DNA of 60,000 bases from Mobula hypostoma (taxonomy: Eukaryota): assembly GCF_963921235.1 (NCBI RefSeq), contig NC_086097.1:184266001-184326000 (forward strand). The letters are read 5' to 3'. The stretch's first letter is position 1; every line of letters begins with the position of its first letter. A model generated the notes under the pieces. That model worked only from the letters and a program-made list of their open reading frames with translations, was not told the origin of the DNA and ran no database searches. The position numbers were made by a program, and so were the translations under genes. Of the stretch, positions 38,516 to 50,874 are shown piece after piece.

Positions 38516-41420
38516 ATCTGTGTCCCTATCCAGAGTAAATACAGATGCAAAAAAATCATTTAAGGTATCCCCCACCTCTTTTGGCTCCACGCATAGATTA
38601 CAACTCTGATCTTTCAGATGACCAATTTTGTCCCTTGCTATAGTTTTGCTCTTAATATATCTGTAGAAGGCCTTAGGTTTCTCCTTCACCTTGTTTGCTA
38701 GAGCATCCTCATGCCTTCTTTTAGCCCTCCTGATTTCCTGCTTAAGTGCCGCTCTTACATTTCTTATATTCGTCAAGCACCTCATTTGTTCCTGCATGTG
38801 CATACCTGCCATACACTTCCTTTCTCTTAGCCAGGGTCTCAATATCTCTTGAAAACTAAGGTTCCCTGAACCTGTTACCCTTGCCTTTTATTCTAACAGG
38901 AACATACAAACTCTGTACTCTCCTCCCACTTACCATGTACACCTTTGCCAGAAAACAACCTGTCTCAATCTGCATTTGCTAGATCCTTTCTGATACCATC
39001 AAAATAGGCCTTTCTCCAATTTAGGATTTCAACCCAAGGACAAGATCCATTCTCTCCGATAATTACATTGAAACTAATGCCATTATGGTCACTAGCTGCA
39101 AAGTGTTCCCCTAGACAAACATCTGTCACCTGACTCGTCTCACTCCATAATAGGAGATCTAGTTGGGACCTCTATTGTTTGATTAAGGAAACTTTCCTGA
39201 ACACATTTGGCAAACTCTTTCCCATCCAGCCCTTTTACAGTATGGACATCCCAGACTTTAAGGTATGGAAATCCTTGTATTTAGGCTTAACAACATCTTT
39301 CTCCACAAACACTCCACTATCTGCTCTGACGCTCCAGTTCCCTGGTTAACCATCCCACTGCAACTCTAGTTTAAACCCCTCCTACCCCCCCCCCCCCCAT
39401 GCAGCACTGGCAAACTTTCCCACTAGGATATTCAAAGCCAAAGTCAAAGTCTGTCCCGAGCCTTGTGGCCCATCAGGCCAGTTCTTATGCCAGTTTCCGT
39501 GGCGTGGAGCAACTGAGAGTACGAGTCTCTCCCCACCCCCCCCCGGATAGGACGCCAGTCTATCACAAAGTTAATCCCCAGCATTTGCCGGTACCCATTT
39601 TCAGCTGAGTGGACTGGAGCAGTGTGTGGTTAAGTGCCTTGCTCAAAGACACAACACTCTGCTTTGGCTGAGATCTTGAGCCCAACGCCCTAATGACTTG
39701 GCCACGTGCCACACACTAGGATATTAGACCCCTCCAGTTCAGGTGCAAACTCTCCCATTCGGTACAGGCCACACCTTCCCTGCAAGTGTTGCAAGATCAC
39801 CTCCTATCACAGCATGTTTCCTGCAACAACCTCTCTACACATTAGCTCCTCTAAATGTTGTGTACTGTTGGATAGTCTATAATATAATCCCACTAACGTG
39901 GTCATTCCTTTCTACTTCCTCAATTCAACCCATAAAGCCTCACTAGATGAGCGCTCTAATCTGCCCTGACTGAGCAGACACGATGTTTTCCCTGACGAGT
40001 AATTCCACCCCTCCCCCTTTAATCCCTGCCCTTCTATCACATCTAAACAACAGAACCCCAGAACATTGAGCTGCCAGTCCTGCCCCTCCTGCAACCAAGT
40101 CGCACTAATGGCTACAATGCCATAATTCCACGTGCTGACCCATGGCCTAAGCTCATCTACCTTTCCTACGATACTCCTTGCATTGAAATATACGCAGCTC
40201 AGAACATTAGTCCCACCACGTTCAACCTTTTGATTCCTTACTTTGTGCGTTGGCTTAACAACATTTTCCTCCACAAACACTCCATTATCTGCTCTCGCGC
40301 TCTGGTTCCCATTCCTCTGCAACTCTAGTTTAAACCATGCAGCACCAACAAACCTTCCCACTAGGATATTAATTCCCCCTTCAGTTCAGGTGCAAACTAT
40401 TCCTTCTGTAATGGTCCCACCTTCCCCGGAAGAAAGCCCAATGATCCAAAAATCTGAAGCCCTCCCTCCTGCACCATTCTCCTTAGGCACATTTTAAACT
40501 GAATGATCTTCCTATTTATGGCCTCATTAGCATGTGGCACAGGTAGCAAACCTGAGATCACAACCCTGGATATTCTGTCCTTTAACTTATCACCTAATTC
40601 CCTGAACTCACTTTGCAGGACCTCATCACCGATCATACCCATGTCGTTGGAACCAATGTGAGCCACGGCCTCTGGCTGTTCACCCTCCCATTGAAGAATG
40701 GTATGGACTCAATCTGAGATGTCCCTGGCCCTGGCACCTGGGAGGCTACAAACCATCTGGGAATCTTGTTCTCATCCACAGAACCTCCTTTCTATTCCAC
40801 TAACCAATGAATCTGCTATCACTACAGCTCGCATCTTCTCCCCATTTCCCTTCTGAGCCACAGAGCCAAACTCAGTGCCAGAAACCTGACCACTATGGCT
40901 TTCATTTTATAGGTCATTCCCATCATCTGTATCCAAACCTGTTGTTGAGGGAAACAGCCGCAGGGCTATTTTGCACTGGCTGTCTATCCCCTTTCCACCT
41001 CCTGATGGTCATCCAGTTAGCTGGGTCCTGCACCTTGTGTGTAACCACTTCCCTGCATGTCCTGTTCATCACTTCTCAGCCTCCCGAATAATCCAGAGTT
41101 CATCCAGTCCCAGCTCTAACTCTTTAACATAGTCTGTTAGAAGCTGCAGCTTGTTACATTTCTTGCAGATGTAGTTGTCAAGGACACTGGAAGTCTCTCT
41201 GCTTTCCCAAATCCCACAAAAGGATCATTCCAGTATCCTGTCTGGCATGTACCCCACTGCTCTAAATGTGCAATGAGAAAGAAAGAATGAAAGAAAAATG
41301 TGAAGAGAAAAAATCTACTTACCACTTTCTCCTCTCCTCTCCTAAGCCTGAAATCATCAGTCTCAGTCCGGTCCAATCACAGAATAGCCGCTCCACTTAA
41401 ACCTAATTTCTTTTTATTAG
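38516..41420 (-). mobile_element. CR1 5' regions (ORF1 esterase and ORF2 endonuclease) from at least two related copies
   Basis: HIGSND...VVISGLLPVP (ORF1 SGNH); YFNARSIVGKVDEL (EN); KPKAFYRYIKSK. Segment about 39283-39432 is homologous to about 40251-40371. Confidence 0.85.
39433..39713 (-). mobile_element. tRNA-derived CORE-type SINE inserted in CR1
   Basis: 12-bp TSD CACTAGGATATT at 39421-39432 and 39714-39725. Minus strand has CORE-like TTGAGCAAGGCACTTAAC...GAAAATGGG and a (GACTTT)n tail. Confidence 0.8.
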
Positions 41421-41427
41421 TCCTTAC

Positions 41428-41592
41428 TGTTACGTTCTGTAACTACAGAAACTAATTGAAAGAAAAACACAGGAGCCAGGGAACAGACTGCTTAGTTTTA
41501 TTTTAGTGAGATACACCCATATGGTGTGGTGGCATAATGACGCATGCCATTCACATACTTTTACATATAACCTGTAATGAATTATATAAACA
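41428..41592 (-). mobile_element. Partial solo LTR of the Gypsy family found at 57.4-59.8 kb
   Basis: Shares TGTTAyGTT...GGCATAATGAyG.ATGCCATTCA..TACTTTTACATAT with both LTRs. Confidence 0.8.
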
Positions 41593-41976
41593 GGCCTGGG
41601 GCCTGAAGTGGCTCATTTGGAGGTTAGATGTCTGTAAGTCTGCAATTCCAGGCCCGGGACGGGGTTGTTAGAGACCCGATATCTGCGAATCTGAAAGACT
41701 GGGCCCAAGGACTGGAGGCCTGGAGGCTACTTGTCCTGGAGTAAGAGGCCTCTGTGTGTGTGTGTGTGAGTTAGGATGAGAAAAGGGCTTGTTTTGCTGT
41801 TGTTGATTAGTTTTGTTTCATTTTGTTTTGTTGCTGCTGCTCAGGTTGTAATGTTGAACATTGTTGTCATGCAATGCTGGCATTGTAATGTGTGACAACA
41901 CTTGTAGGCTGCCCCCATCACATCCTTGGTTGTTTTTCACTCTATGTTTTGATGTACATGTGATAAATAAATCTGA
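41593..41976 (+). repeat. Non-coding repeat with Rex/Babar-like 3' tail; a similar repeat lies at about 43300-43640
   Basis: Ends TTTTGATGTACATGTGATAAATAAATCTGAA; the 43.6 kb copy ends in (GAACTTT)n. Confidence 0.5.
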
Positions 41977-44900
41977 AGAGAGATTTCACTGCTGTATACT
42001 GTAATTTGATTATTGCAATTGTGGTTTCTTCATTCAAAAGTGAAAAAGTTTCTGTTGGAATTTATTAGATTAAGGTGCAATGATGCAGCAAAGAAATTGA
42101 AAAAGGATAATGAAGTTTTGAGGACAGGTACGTTTGAAAAGGAGTCTCCATAATCTTGCTTGGCTGATGAATTTCTATGGTTCAGTGAGTTTAAGGAAAA
42201 CAAGATGCTGATCCTTATATTTTTCTTGTAACTGGTACTCAGTAAGGATCAAGTTCATTCCATTCCTTGATGGTCTGAATCCACTTAGTGACTCCAAGAG
42301 TAGCTCTGGCTATTGGGAAACATCAATTGATCTGGCTGTTATCTGCCATTTGCGACTCACTCAGGGTTGCAATATCATTATTGAGGCATCTAAGATCCTG
42401 GTTTACGATAGCGATGTAACATTTAGCTCTATCACTGTTGCAATTGTCCACAGTATTTCAGTTTCCAAACTGCAATGGATTTAAGCCCAAAAGGTTAATG
42501 GATGTTTGATGGTTGTTGTGGAATAATATGGTGGTACGGCCTATCTCTTTGCTTTACCACTTTATGACTCTATTAATATTCTGAAATACTTGCAGACATA
42601 GAAATCACAGTGGATGAAGTGATCAGAAATTACTTTTTCCAACTGTGACAGTTAACTGATGTCCCATTCTATTTCTTTACTTTGGAGGGCTTCAAAATGA
42701 CCTCATTGCACTGTTCCAGAGAATCATACAGTTTTTCACCCAGAATCCTAATCTGCTGATTGTTCAACTTTCTGTGAGGAAATCAGCCAGAATGTGTTAA
42801 AAATTACAATTAACAAGACTGAAAAAGAGTACAAATAAGTCAAGTTCTCAATTGTATGTCAAAGTGGTTGTAGCTAAAATACCTGGCAGATGCATTTGTC
42901 AAAGTTTTATAGAGTGCAAAGTTAATAGGATTCTCCCTTGCACAAAAGATGCTTCTATTGTGTAAGACTGGTGCAGATGACACACTCTCCCCTTGGGGAT
43001 AGTGAGTAAACAAAATATATTTGCATTATCTCACCATTCTCTCATGCACTAGAACTACAGGCCACATCCTTCAATTATTGTTTGCTTGTTCTGTTTCAAA
43101 TTTGTACTTCAGTCACATGGTCTTAGTTATCCACTTTAAAGTGATGGCCATGAATGGAAGTTGCTTGCAATACAGATTAAAAGGAATTTAATATTTACTG
43201 TATTCTGCTTGCAGGCAAGATCACAATAACAATAGAGAATGCCTGATAAAAACTTGTGATCCATGTGAGAACTTTTGTCTTCTCAATGTTTTGGAACTCC
43301 AGGGTTGGAGACAAAAGATGGGCCAACCCAGCTTGCTGTCTGCTGGGTTTGCTCATCTCTGTGCTGGACTGAGTCTGTGGCCTGCAACCACTGGACTTCT
43401 AGATTGGTTCACAGTGATGCCGAGCGTTGTGAATTTCAGTTCTGAATGTTGTTTGCTTGCTTATATTGTTCACACAGTTTGTTTATTTTTCTTTCTCGGC
43501 ACACTGGGTGCATGTCGGTCCTCTTTTATTTTTAATGGGTTCTTTGTTTTGTGGTTCCCTGTAAGGAGGCGAATCTCAAGGTTGTATAAAGTGTACATAT
43601 GTTGACAGTAAAATGTTCCTTGAACTTTGAACTTTGAAATTAAGGTATTATGCACAGAATGCCGGAAGAACTCAGCACTCAGGCAACATCCATGCAAATG
43701 AACAGTCAGCAGTCAACTTTCTGGGCTGAGACCCTTCTTCAGGACTGGGAAGGAAGGGGGAAGATGCCAGAATAAAAGGGTGGGGGGAGGGGAAGAAGGA
43801 CAGCCAGATGGTAAGAGGTGAAGCCAGGTGGGTGGGAAAGGTACAGGATAGGAGAAGGAATCTGATAAAAGTAGAGAGTAGAAGAAGGGAAGGAGGAGGG
43901 GACCCAGGGGAGGTTATAGACAGGTGAGAAGAGGTAAGATGCTAGAGGTTGGAAATAGGAGAATAGAATAAGACCGCTAGACCATAAGACAAGGAGCAGA
44001 TTTAGGCCATTCAGCCCATCGAATCTGCTCCGCCATTTCATTATGGCTCATCCTAGATATCATTCAACCCCATACACCTGCCCCCTCACCATAACCCCTG
44101 ATGACCCGACCAATCGGGAATCTATCAACTTACACTTTGAATATACCCATGGACTAGGCCTCCACCACAGTATGTGGCAGAGCGTTCCGCAGATTCGCTA
44201 CTTTTTGGCTAAAATATTCCTCCTTTCCTCTGTTCTGAAAGGTCGCTCCTCAATTTTGAGGCTGTACCCTCTAGTTCTGGATACCCCCACCATAGGAAAC
44301 ATCCTCTCCACATCCACCCTATCTAGTCCTTTCAACATTCGATAAGTTTCAATGAGATCCTCTCATGTTCTTCTAAATTCCAGTGAATACAGCCTTCAAG
44401 CTGCCAAACGCTCCTCATATGTTAACCCCTTCATTTCCAGAATCATCGCCGTGATTCTTCTCTGGAATTTCTCCAATGACAATATATCAGTTCTGAGATA
44501 AAAGGCCCAAAACTGTTGATAATACTCCAAGTGCTGCTGGACTAGTGTCTTATAAAGGCTCAGCATTATCTCTTTGTTTTTATATTCTATTGCCCTTGAA
44601 ATAAAAGCCAACATTGCATTTGCCTTCTTTACCACAGATTCAACCTGTGAATTAACTTTCTGGGAGTCTTGCACAAGGACTCTTTTCACTTCTGTTTTTG
44701 AATTTTAGATAATAGTCTGCACTATTGTTCCTTTTACCAAAATGCATTATCATATATTCCCCACTGCTGTATTCCTTCTGCCACTCCTTTGCCCATTCTT
44801 CCAATTTGTCTAAGTCTTGCTGCAATTACATAGCTTCCTCAGCACTATCAGTCCCTCCACCTATCTTCGTATCATCTGCAAACCTTGCCATGAATCCATC

Positions 44901-45362
44901 AACTCCACTATCTAAATCATTGACAAACAATGTGAGAAGTAACAGTCGCAATACTGACCCCTGAGGAATACCACTAGTCACTGACAGCCAAACAGCCAAT
45001 AAAGGCCCCTCTTTATTCCCACTTACTGCTTCCTGCCTGTCAGCAATTTCTCTATCCATGTCAGGATATTTCCCGTAACACCATAGTATTTTATCTTGTT
45101 AAGCAGCCTCACGTGAGACACTCTATCAAATGCCTTCTGAAAATCTAAGTAAATGACATCCACTGCCTCTTCTTAGTCCACCCTGCTTGTTACTTCCTCG
45201 AAAAATTCTAACAGATCTATCAGGCAAGATTTCACTTCACAGAAACCATGCTGACTTTGACTTATTTTATCATTAGTCTCCAAATACCCCAAAACCTCAT
45301 CCTTAATAATGGACTCCAACATTTTCCCAGCTACTGACTTAAGTTAACTGGCCTATAATTTC

Positions 45363-45547
45363 TATAGGAAGAGGTGCAGTCGACGTTTCAGGCCGAGACC
45401 CTTCGTCAGGACGCAGTCCTGACGAAGGGTCTCGGCCTGAAACGTCGACTGCGCCTCTTCCTATAGATGCTGCCTGGCCTGCTGCGTTCACCAGCAACTT
45501 TGATGTATGTTGCTTGAATTTCCAGCATCTGCAGAATTCCTGTTGTT
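45363..45547. mobile_element. Fold-back Penelope-derived mini-element 4, inserted in CR1
   Basis: 52-bp inverted arms at 45361-45412 and 45416-45467 (1 mismatch); 14-bp TSD TGGCCTATAATTTC at 45349-45362 and 45548-45561. Confidence 0.92.
45412..45453 (+). ncRNA. Minimal type I hammerhead ribozyme motif; a mirror core lies on the minus strand at about 45377-45412
   Basis: CGCAGTC-CTGACGA-AGGGTCTCGGCCT-GAAAC-GTC-GACTGCG: perfect 7-bp stem I exactly flanking the core; predicted cleavage after C45446. Confidence 0.75.
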
Positions 45548-46877
45548 TGGCCTATAATTTCATTTCTTTTGTCCTCCTCCCTTCTTAAAGAGTGGAATAA
45601 CAGTTGCAATCTTTCAGTCCTCTGGGACCATGCCGAAATCAAGTGATTCTTGAAAGAGCATGATCAATGCATCTGTTATCTCTTCAGCAACATCTCTCAG
45701 GACTCTGGGATGTAGTCCATCAGGTCCAGGTGACTTATCCACCTTAAGACCTTTCAGTTTGCCTAGTACTTTTTCCTTTGCAATAACAATGACACTCACT
45801 CCTGCTCCCTGACACTCACAGAAACTCAACTGTCTTCCACAGTAAAGACAAAAGCAAAGTACTCATTAAGTTCATCTGCTATTTTTTTGTCTCCCATTAC
45901 TACCTCACCAGCATTATTTTCAACTGGTCCAATATCAACGCTCACCTCCCTTTTTTTCTTTATATACCTGGAAAAACTTTTAGTATCTTGCTTTATGTTA
46001 TCAGCTAGTCTATCCTCATATTTAATCCCTTCTTATACCTTTTTTAGTTGCCTTTTGTTGGATTTTAAAAGCTTCCCAATCATCCAACCCTACTCACTTT
46101 TGCTACCTTATATGCCCTTTCCTTGGCTTTTATGCAGTCCTCAACTTCCCTTCTCAGCCATGGTTGCCTACCCTTATCATTTTGAGAATTTCTTCCTCTG
46201 TGGGGCATATCTATCCTGTGCCTTGGGAACTGTTCTCAGAACCATCAGCGATCTCTGCTCTGCCGTCATCCCCACCAATATCCTCCTCCAATCCACCTGG
46301 GCAAGCTCCTCTCTCACACCTCTGTAATTCCCTTTATTCTATCGCGGTACTGATACATGTGACCTATGCTTCTCCCTCTCAAGTCGCAGTATGAATTCAA
46401 TCATATTATGATCACTGCCTCCTAAGGGTTCTTTTATGTTAAGCTCGCTAATAAGATCTGGGTTATTACACAATACCCAATCTAAGATAACCTTTCCCCT
46501 AGTAGGCTTGAGCACAAGTTGCGCTGAAAGGTCATCTCATAGACATTCAAAAAATTCCTTCTCTTGCTATCCGACACCCTGATTTTCCCAGTCCCCATGC
46601 ATATTGAAATCATCCATTACAATTGTATCATTGCCCTTATTACATGCTCTTTCCTGCTCCCTTTGCAATCTCAACCCTACATCTTGGCTACTATTTGGAG
46701 GCCTGTATATGAGTCCCATAATGTTTTTTTTCACCCTCGCAGTTTCTTAACACACCCACAAAGATTCAACATTTTCTGACCCTATATCACCTCTTTCTAA
46801 ACATGTAATTCCATCTCTTGCCAATAGAGCCATAACACTGCCTAAGAAGAGGGGTAGGGGAAGGAATTATTTTTCTA

Positions 46878-47511
46878 TGTAAAGGGTTTCTTCTTTGTTA
46901 TGTTAAAATTAAAATGACTTCTCTGTTATGTTAATCTTTTAAGCTGCTGTGTATGTGAATTAAAGTGGCTTCTATGTTATGTTAAATGCTGAGAAAGTCT
47001 CCAGCTAGCACTTTGCTTGGGTTAATACAGATAGCAGAGGTACTATCAGCCAATGGGTGTCCATGTTATTCTTTCTTGGGGTGATATGCTGTTTTATATG
47101 GCTGGGAACCAGGGGCTTTTGGCGGGGAGTTGGAGGAGAGACCGTGAGGACGATGGACCTGTGGGAAAGCTCAGTTTGATCACTCCGGGTGGTCCCAAGC
47201 TGCGAGTTGAAGGGGTCACAGTGGTCCCAAAGAGGTCCTCGAGCTCCAACGTGTGCACGAAGAAATTGAACTTTGATAAGTCCAGCGCCTTTTCCATTCC
47301 TTTTTTGTATTGAACTTCTATTAATCTTATAGACTTTAGTAATATCGATAAAGTGTAATTGGTAAAACGTACATTGTGTGTTGGCTGATGATTGATGTTT
47401 GAAGCTGAATCCGGTGGCAGTCGTACAGCAACCAACATAACCGGGAGACAAGATGGGCGGCAGACAGGGTTTCCCTGAGATAAATATGAGCCAATATAGC
47501 TGAGCGTTACA
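46878..47511 (+). mobile_element. Solo LTR (634 bp)
   Basis: TGTAA...TTACA termini; 4-bp TSD TCTA at 46874-46877 and 47512-47515; CCAAT near 47050 and TATA-like near 47093. Confidence 0.85.
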
Positions 47512-48606
47512 TCTAGAAGGAGAAACCGATATTCATGTCATCAGGTTAGAAGCTACCCAGATGGAATATGAGGTATTGCTCCTCCACCCTGAGGGGACTC
47601 ATCATGGCGCAAGAGGGCGCAGTGGACTGACGTGTCAGTACGGGAATAGAAATTGGAATTAAAATAAAAAGACATTAAGCTGACCATTGAAAGAATCAAA
47701 TTTGGCTCCACTAACCATGGGAGATGATAATTTGATGGTATTACTTCAGAATCGGAACACAATATTTGAAGAAAGCATATTAGATATGGTTGCACAAATT
47801 AAGGCAATAATTGTAAAGATGTTTGGGATTGGGATGGGCGACAAATATGTGTATCTATCTTCATCCTTCCACTAACTTCCTTGTATATTGGAGGCCACCT
47901 GAAGGCCCAGCAAGATCATATGGAGTTAATTTAAAACAGCTATTGAAAAGGAGTATAACATTGTAAAGTTCATTTAACAAAAAAAACTTTCTCCTCATTT
48001 ATACTCCTTTTCTTCCCTGTGACCTCTATTTCTTTTATTGCTAAACTGTGTTTTTTCGCCCATTGCCTTTGGTTTGACAAAGTACTGGTGCTTATATTGG
48101 GCAGGACCTTAAATGACTGCTGATTTCTGATAATACAGCCTTAGCACTCACAAATTAGTCAGTGAGCAGTACAGAGAGGCTAAGGTTTGTTAAAGCTTCA
48201 TCATTGTTGTTGTCCCATTCAGGTCGCATTGGCAGTGGTGGGTAGCACTTGATGACATTATCTTGTTGGCCTTTCAATGTTTTGTTTCAAGGAACAAGCT
48301 GGAATTTTCTTCAGTGGTCCTTTCCTGAGGAAATGTATAGCAAGTGAATGCAATACCCTCCCTGAGCAGATGATGGAATTAGACAGCATCAGTTCATTCA
48401 CCAATGTAGATAGATTTTATTTCAGAAAATAATATTTTGCAGAACAGTACCTTTGTAATTTGTGTCATGATATTTGACTAGCATGGCTTACCAATAAGAA
48501 CCAGTAAATACTGAAACTTTAAATTCAGAGCTATCAGCCACTGAGGGGTTCATCATGTTTGGGTTTGTTAGAGATTAGATTTTGTAGTAATCCGCAATCA
48601 TTAGTC

Positions 48607-48917
48607 GCAAAATACTGGAGGAACTCAGCAGGCCAGGCAGCATCTACGGGAAAAAGTATTGTCAACATTCCAGGCGGAAACCCTTTGGCAGAACTCAGCA
48701 ACACACAGAAAATGTGGAAGAACTCAGCAGGCCAGGCAGCAGCAACACACACAAAATGCTGGTGGAACTCAGCACACACCCAAATCGTGCTGAAGGGTTT
48801 TGGCCTGAAACGTTGACTGTACTTTTTTCCACAGGTGCCGCCTGGCCTATTGAGTTCGTCCTGCACTTTATGTGTGTTGCTTGGATTTCTCTCACCTGCA
48901 GGTTTTCTCTTGTTTGT
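48607..48917. mobile_element. Older fold-back Penelope-derived mini-element 5 with reiterated partial arms
   Basis: 13-bp TSD GCAATCATTAGTC at 48594-48606 and 48918-48930; three partial minus-oriented arms, then one full plus arm. Confidence 0.85.
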
Positions 48918-49804
48918 GCAATCATTAGTCATCAAGTTTATTATCATTGTATCATGTGGCTACCAGTATAGAAGAAAGTAAATTCAATTGATTCCTATTT
49001 TTTTTTTGTTAAGCAATTCTTATAATTCCATATTACAAAGCTCATGGTGAAAGCATAAGCAAAATCCAGTAAAACTATAGATACTGGAAATCTGAAATGA
49101 ATATCTCAGGTATTTTCTAATTTTAGGGTCATTGACCTGAAACATTACTCTATTTCAATATCTACATTTCCTGCAGAGTATCTCCAGTATTTCTGTTTAT
49201 ATTTCAGAGATGTATCATGGTTACTTGCACATGAAATTCATATTTCATGTTTAAATTAGCACTGCTATTTGGCACAGTACGTCAAGGAAAAGGAATGCAA
49301 AGAGTCAGCAGGAGCCCTGAATAAATGCTAGCATAATAATGACCACTTCTTGTAACTGCTGCCAGCAAAAACAATCCAGATTGCAAATAACAACAAAATA
49401 CTGGAGAAAACAAAAATTTCTCAAGCTTATTACATTTCGGATGGTCCTGAAACCTTGTAGTGAAATATTGGCGAGAGTTAACCTGGATGTGGCCAGGGGC
49501 CGTTCCCAACCTTCAGGATTACATAGATCCATTGTGTGGCTGCTACAGCTGTCACCATGTTCTATCTTTGAAATCCATGTGGAGTTCAGTGGTGGATCCC
49601 AGCCTTGCAATAAATTTTCACTTTTACACTGGGGAATCATTTCGCTAATTCTATACCAGATTAGAATTGGCGTGGGATCAAAGATGCCATTTATTTCAAA
49701 GCAGATTCTCAGCCTGTGAATGGGAGATGTGATTTTTAAATATCTATCTATGTAATGTTTTAGTAATTTTAGTATTTAAATGAGTATTTTCAAACAAGTT
49801 TAAA

Positions 49805-50482
49805 TAAGACCATAAGACCATAAGACAAAGGAGCAGAAGTAGGCCATTCGGCCCATCGAGTCTGCTCCGCCATTTTATCATGAGCTGATCCATTTTATCC
49901 TATTTAGTCCCACTGCCCCGCCTTCTCACCATAACCTTTGATGCCCTGGCTACTCAGATACCTATCAATCTCTGCCTTAAATATGCCCAATGACTTGGCC
50001 TCCACTGCTGCCCGTGGCAACAAATTCCATAGATTCACCACCCTCTGACTAAAAAAATTTCTTCGCATTTCTGTTCTGAAAGGGCACCCTTCAATCCTGA
50101 AGTCATGCCCTCTCGTACTAGACTCCCCCATCATGGGAAACAACTTTGCCACATCCACTCTGTCCATGCCTTTTAACATTCCAAATGTTTCTATGAGGTC
50201 TCCCCTCATTCTTCTAAACTCCAAGGAATACAGTCCAAGAGCGGACAAACGTTCCTCATATGTTAACCCTCTCATTCCCGGAATCATTCTCGTGAATCTT
50301 CTCTGTACCCTCTCCAACGTCAGCACATCCTTTCTTAACTAAGGAGACGAAAACTGCCCACAGTACTCCAAGTGAGGTCTCACCAGCGCCTTATAGAGCC
50401 TCAACATCACATCCCTGCTCCTATACTCTATTCCTCTAGAAATGAATGCCAACATTGCATTCGCCTTCTTCACTACTGACTC
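49805..50482 (-). mobile_element. Young CR1 3' fragment
   Basis: Open ORF 49904..50326 LERVQRRFTRMIPG...NFFSQRVVNLWN; (ATGGTCTT)n tail. Confidence 0.95.
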
Positions 50483-50874
50483 ATTATAATAGTTTATTAT
50501 AATTTAATTACTCACACCTTCAACTAGCATTTAACGTCAGAATTTTGTCATTCTTCAACTCCAGTTTTGCCTTTTGTTAATGCCTGTTGAGGATGTCCAG
50601 GAACTGAACCACAACCGTGTTTGGACCTCAGCATCAGATCTTTGAGTTCAGAGTACCAGAGAGACTGACCCTGTACACCTTCCCCAAGTATATGTAGACA
50701 GATGAAACTCTAAGAACCAGTTCCCCCCATTCCACCAAGAGAAGTCAGCAATGTATTTGTCTATTAGGTATGTCCTCATTTCATTATATATAAAATCTAG
50801 TGTGTATGTTTTGTGAACAAAATCCCAAAACAATGCACTTTAGATGAGGGCATCCTGTTTTCTTTCTCCTATGA

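Larger units (their letters stand above)
43971..46843 (-). mobile_element. CR1 LINE ORF2, same subfamily as 18010-20585
   Basis: RFADDTKIGG, KVLGKLKGLKVDKSPGPDGLHPRVL, EN region near 46.4-46.8 kb, tail at about 43975. Confidence 0.93.
43650..47670 (-). mobile_element. Penelope-like 3' fragment split by CR1 and LTR insertions (pieces about 43650-43970, 46844-46877, 47512-47670)
   Basis: Terminal motif and minus-strand CTGAAGA hammerhead remnant near 43715-43748. The purine-rich tract resumes after the CR1 and resembles 14400-14570. Confidence 0.7.

Noticed and set aside
47005..47451. ORFs of 86-148 aa within the solo LTR
   Set aside because: No protein motifs; consistent with chance ORFs in GC-richer sequence.
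49060..49210. Another fold-back element
   Set aside because: Faint similarity to the Penelope termini, but too decayed to define arms, core or TSD.
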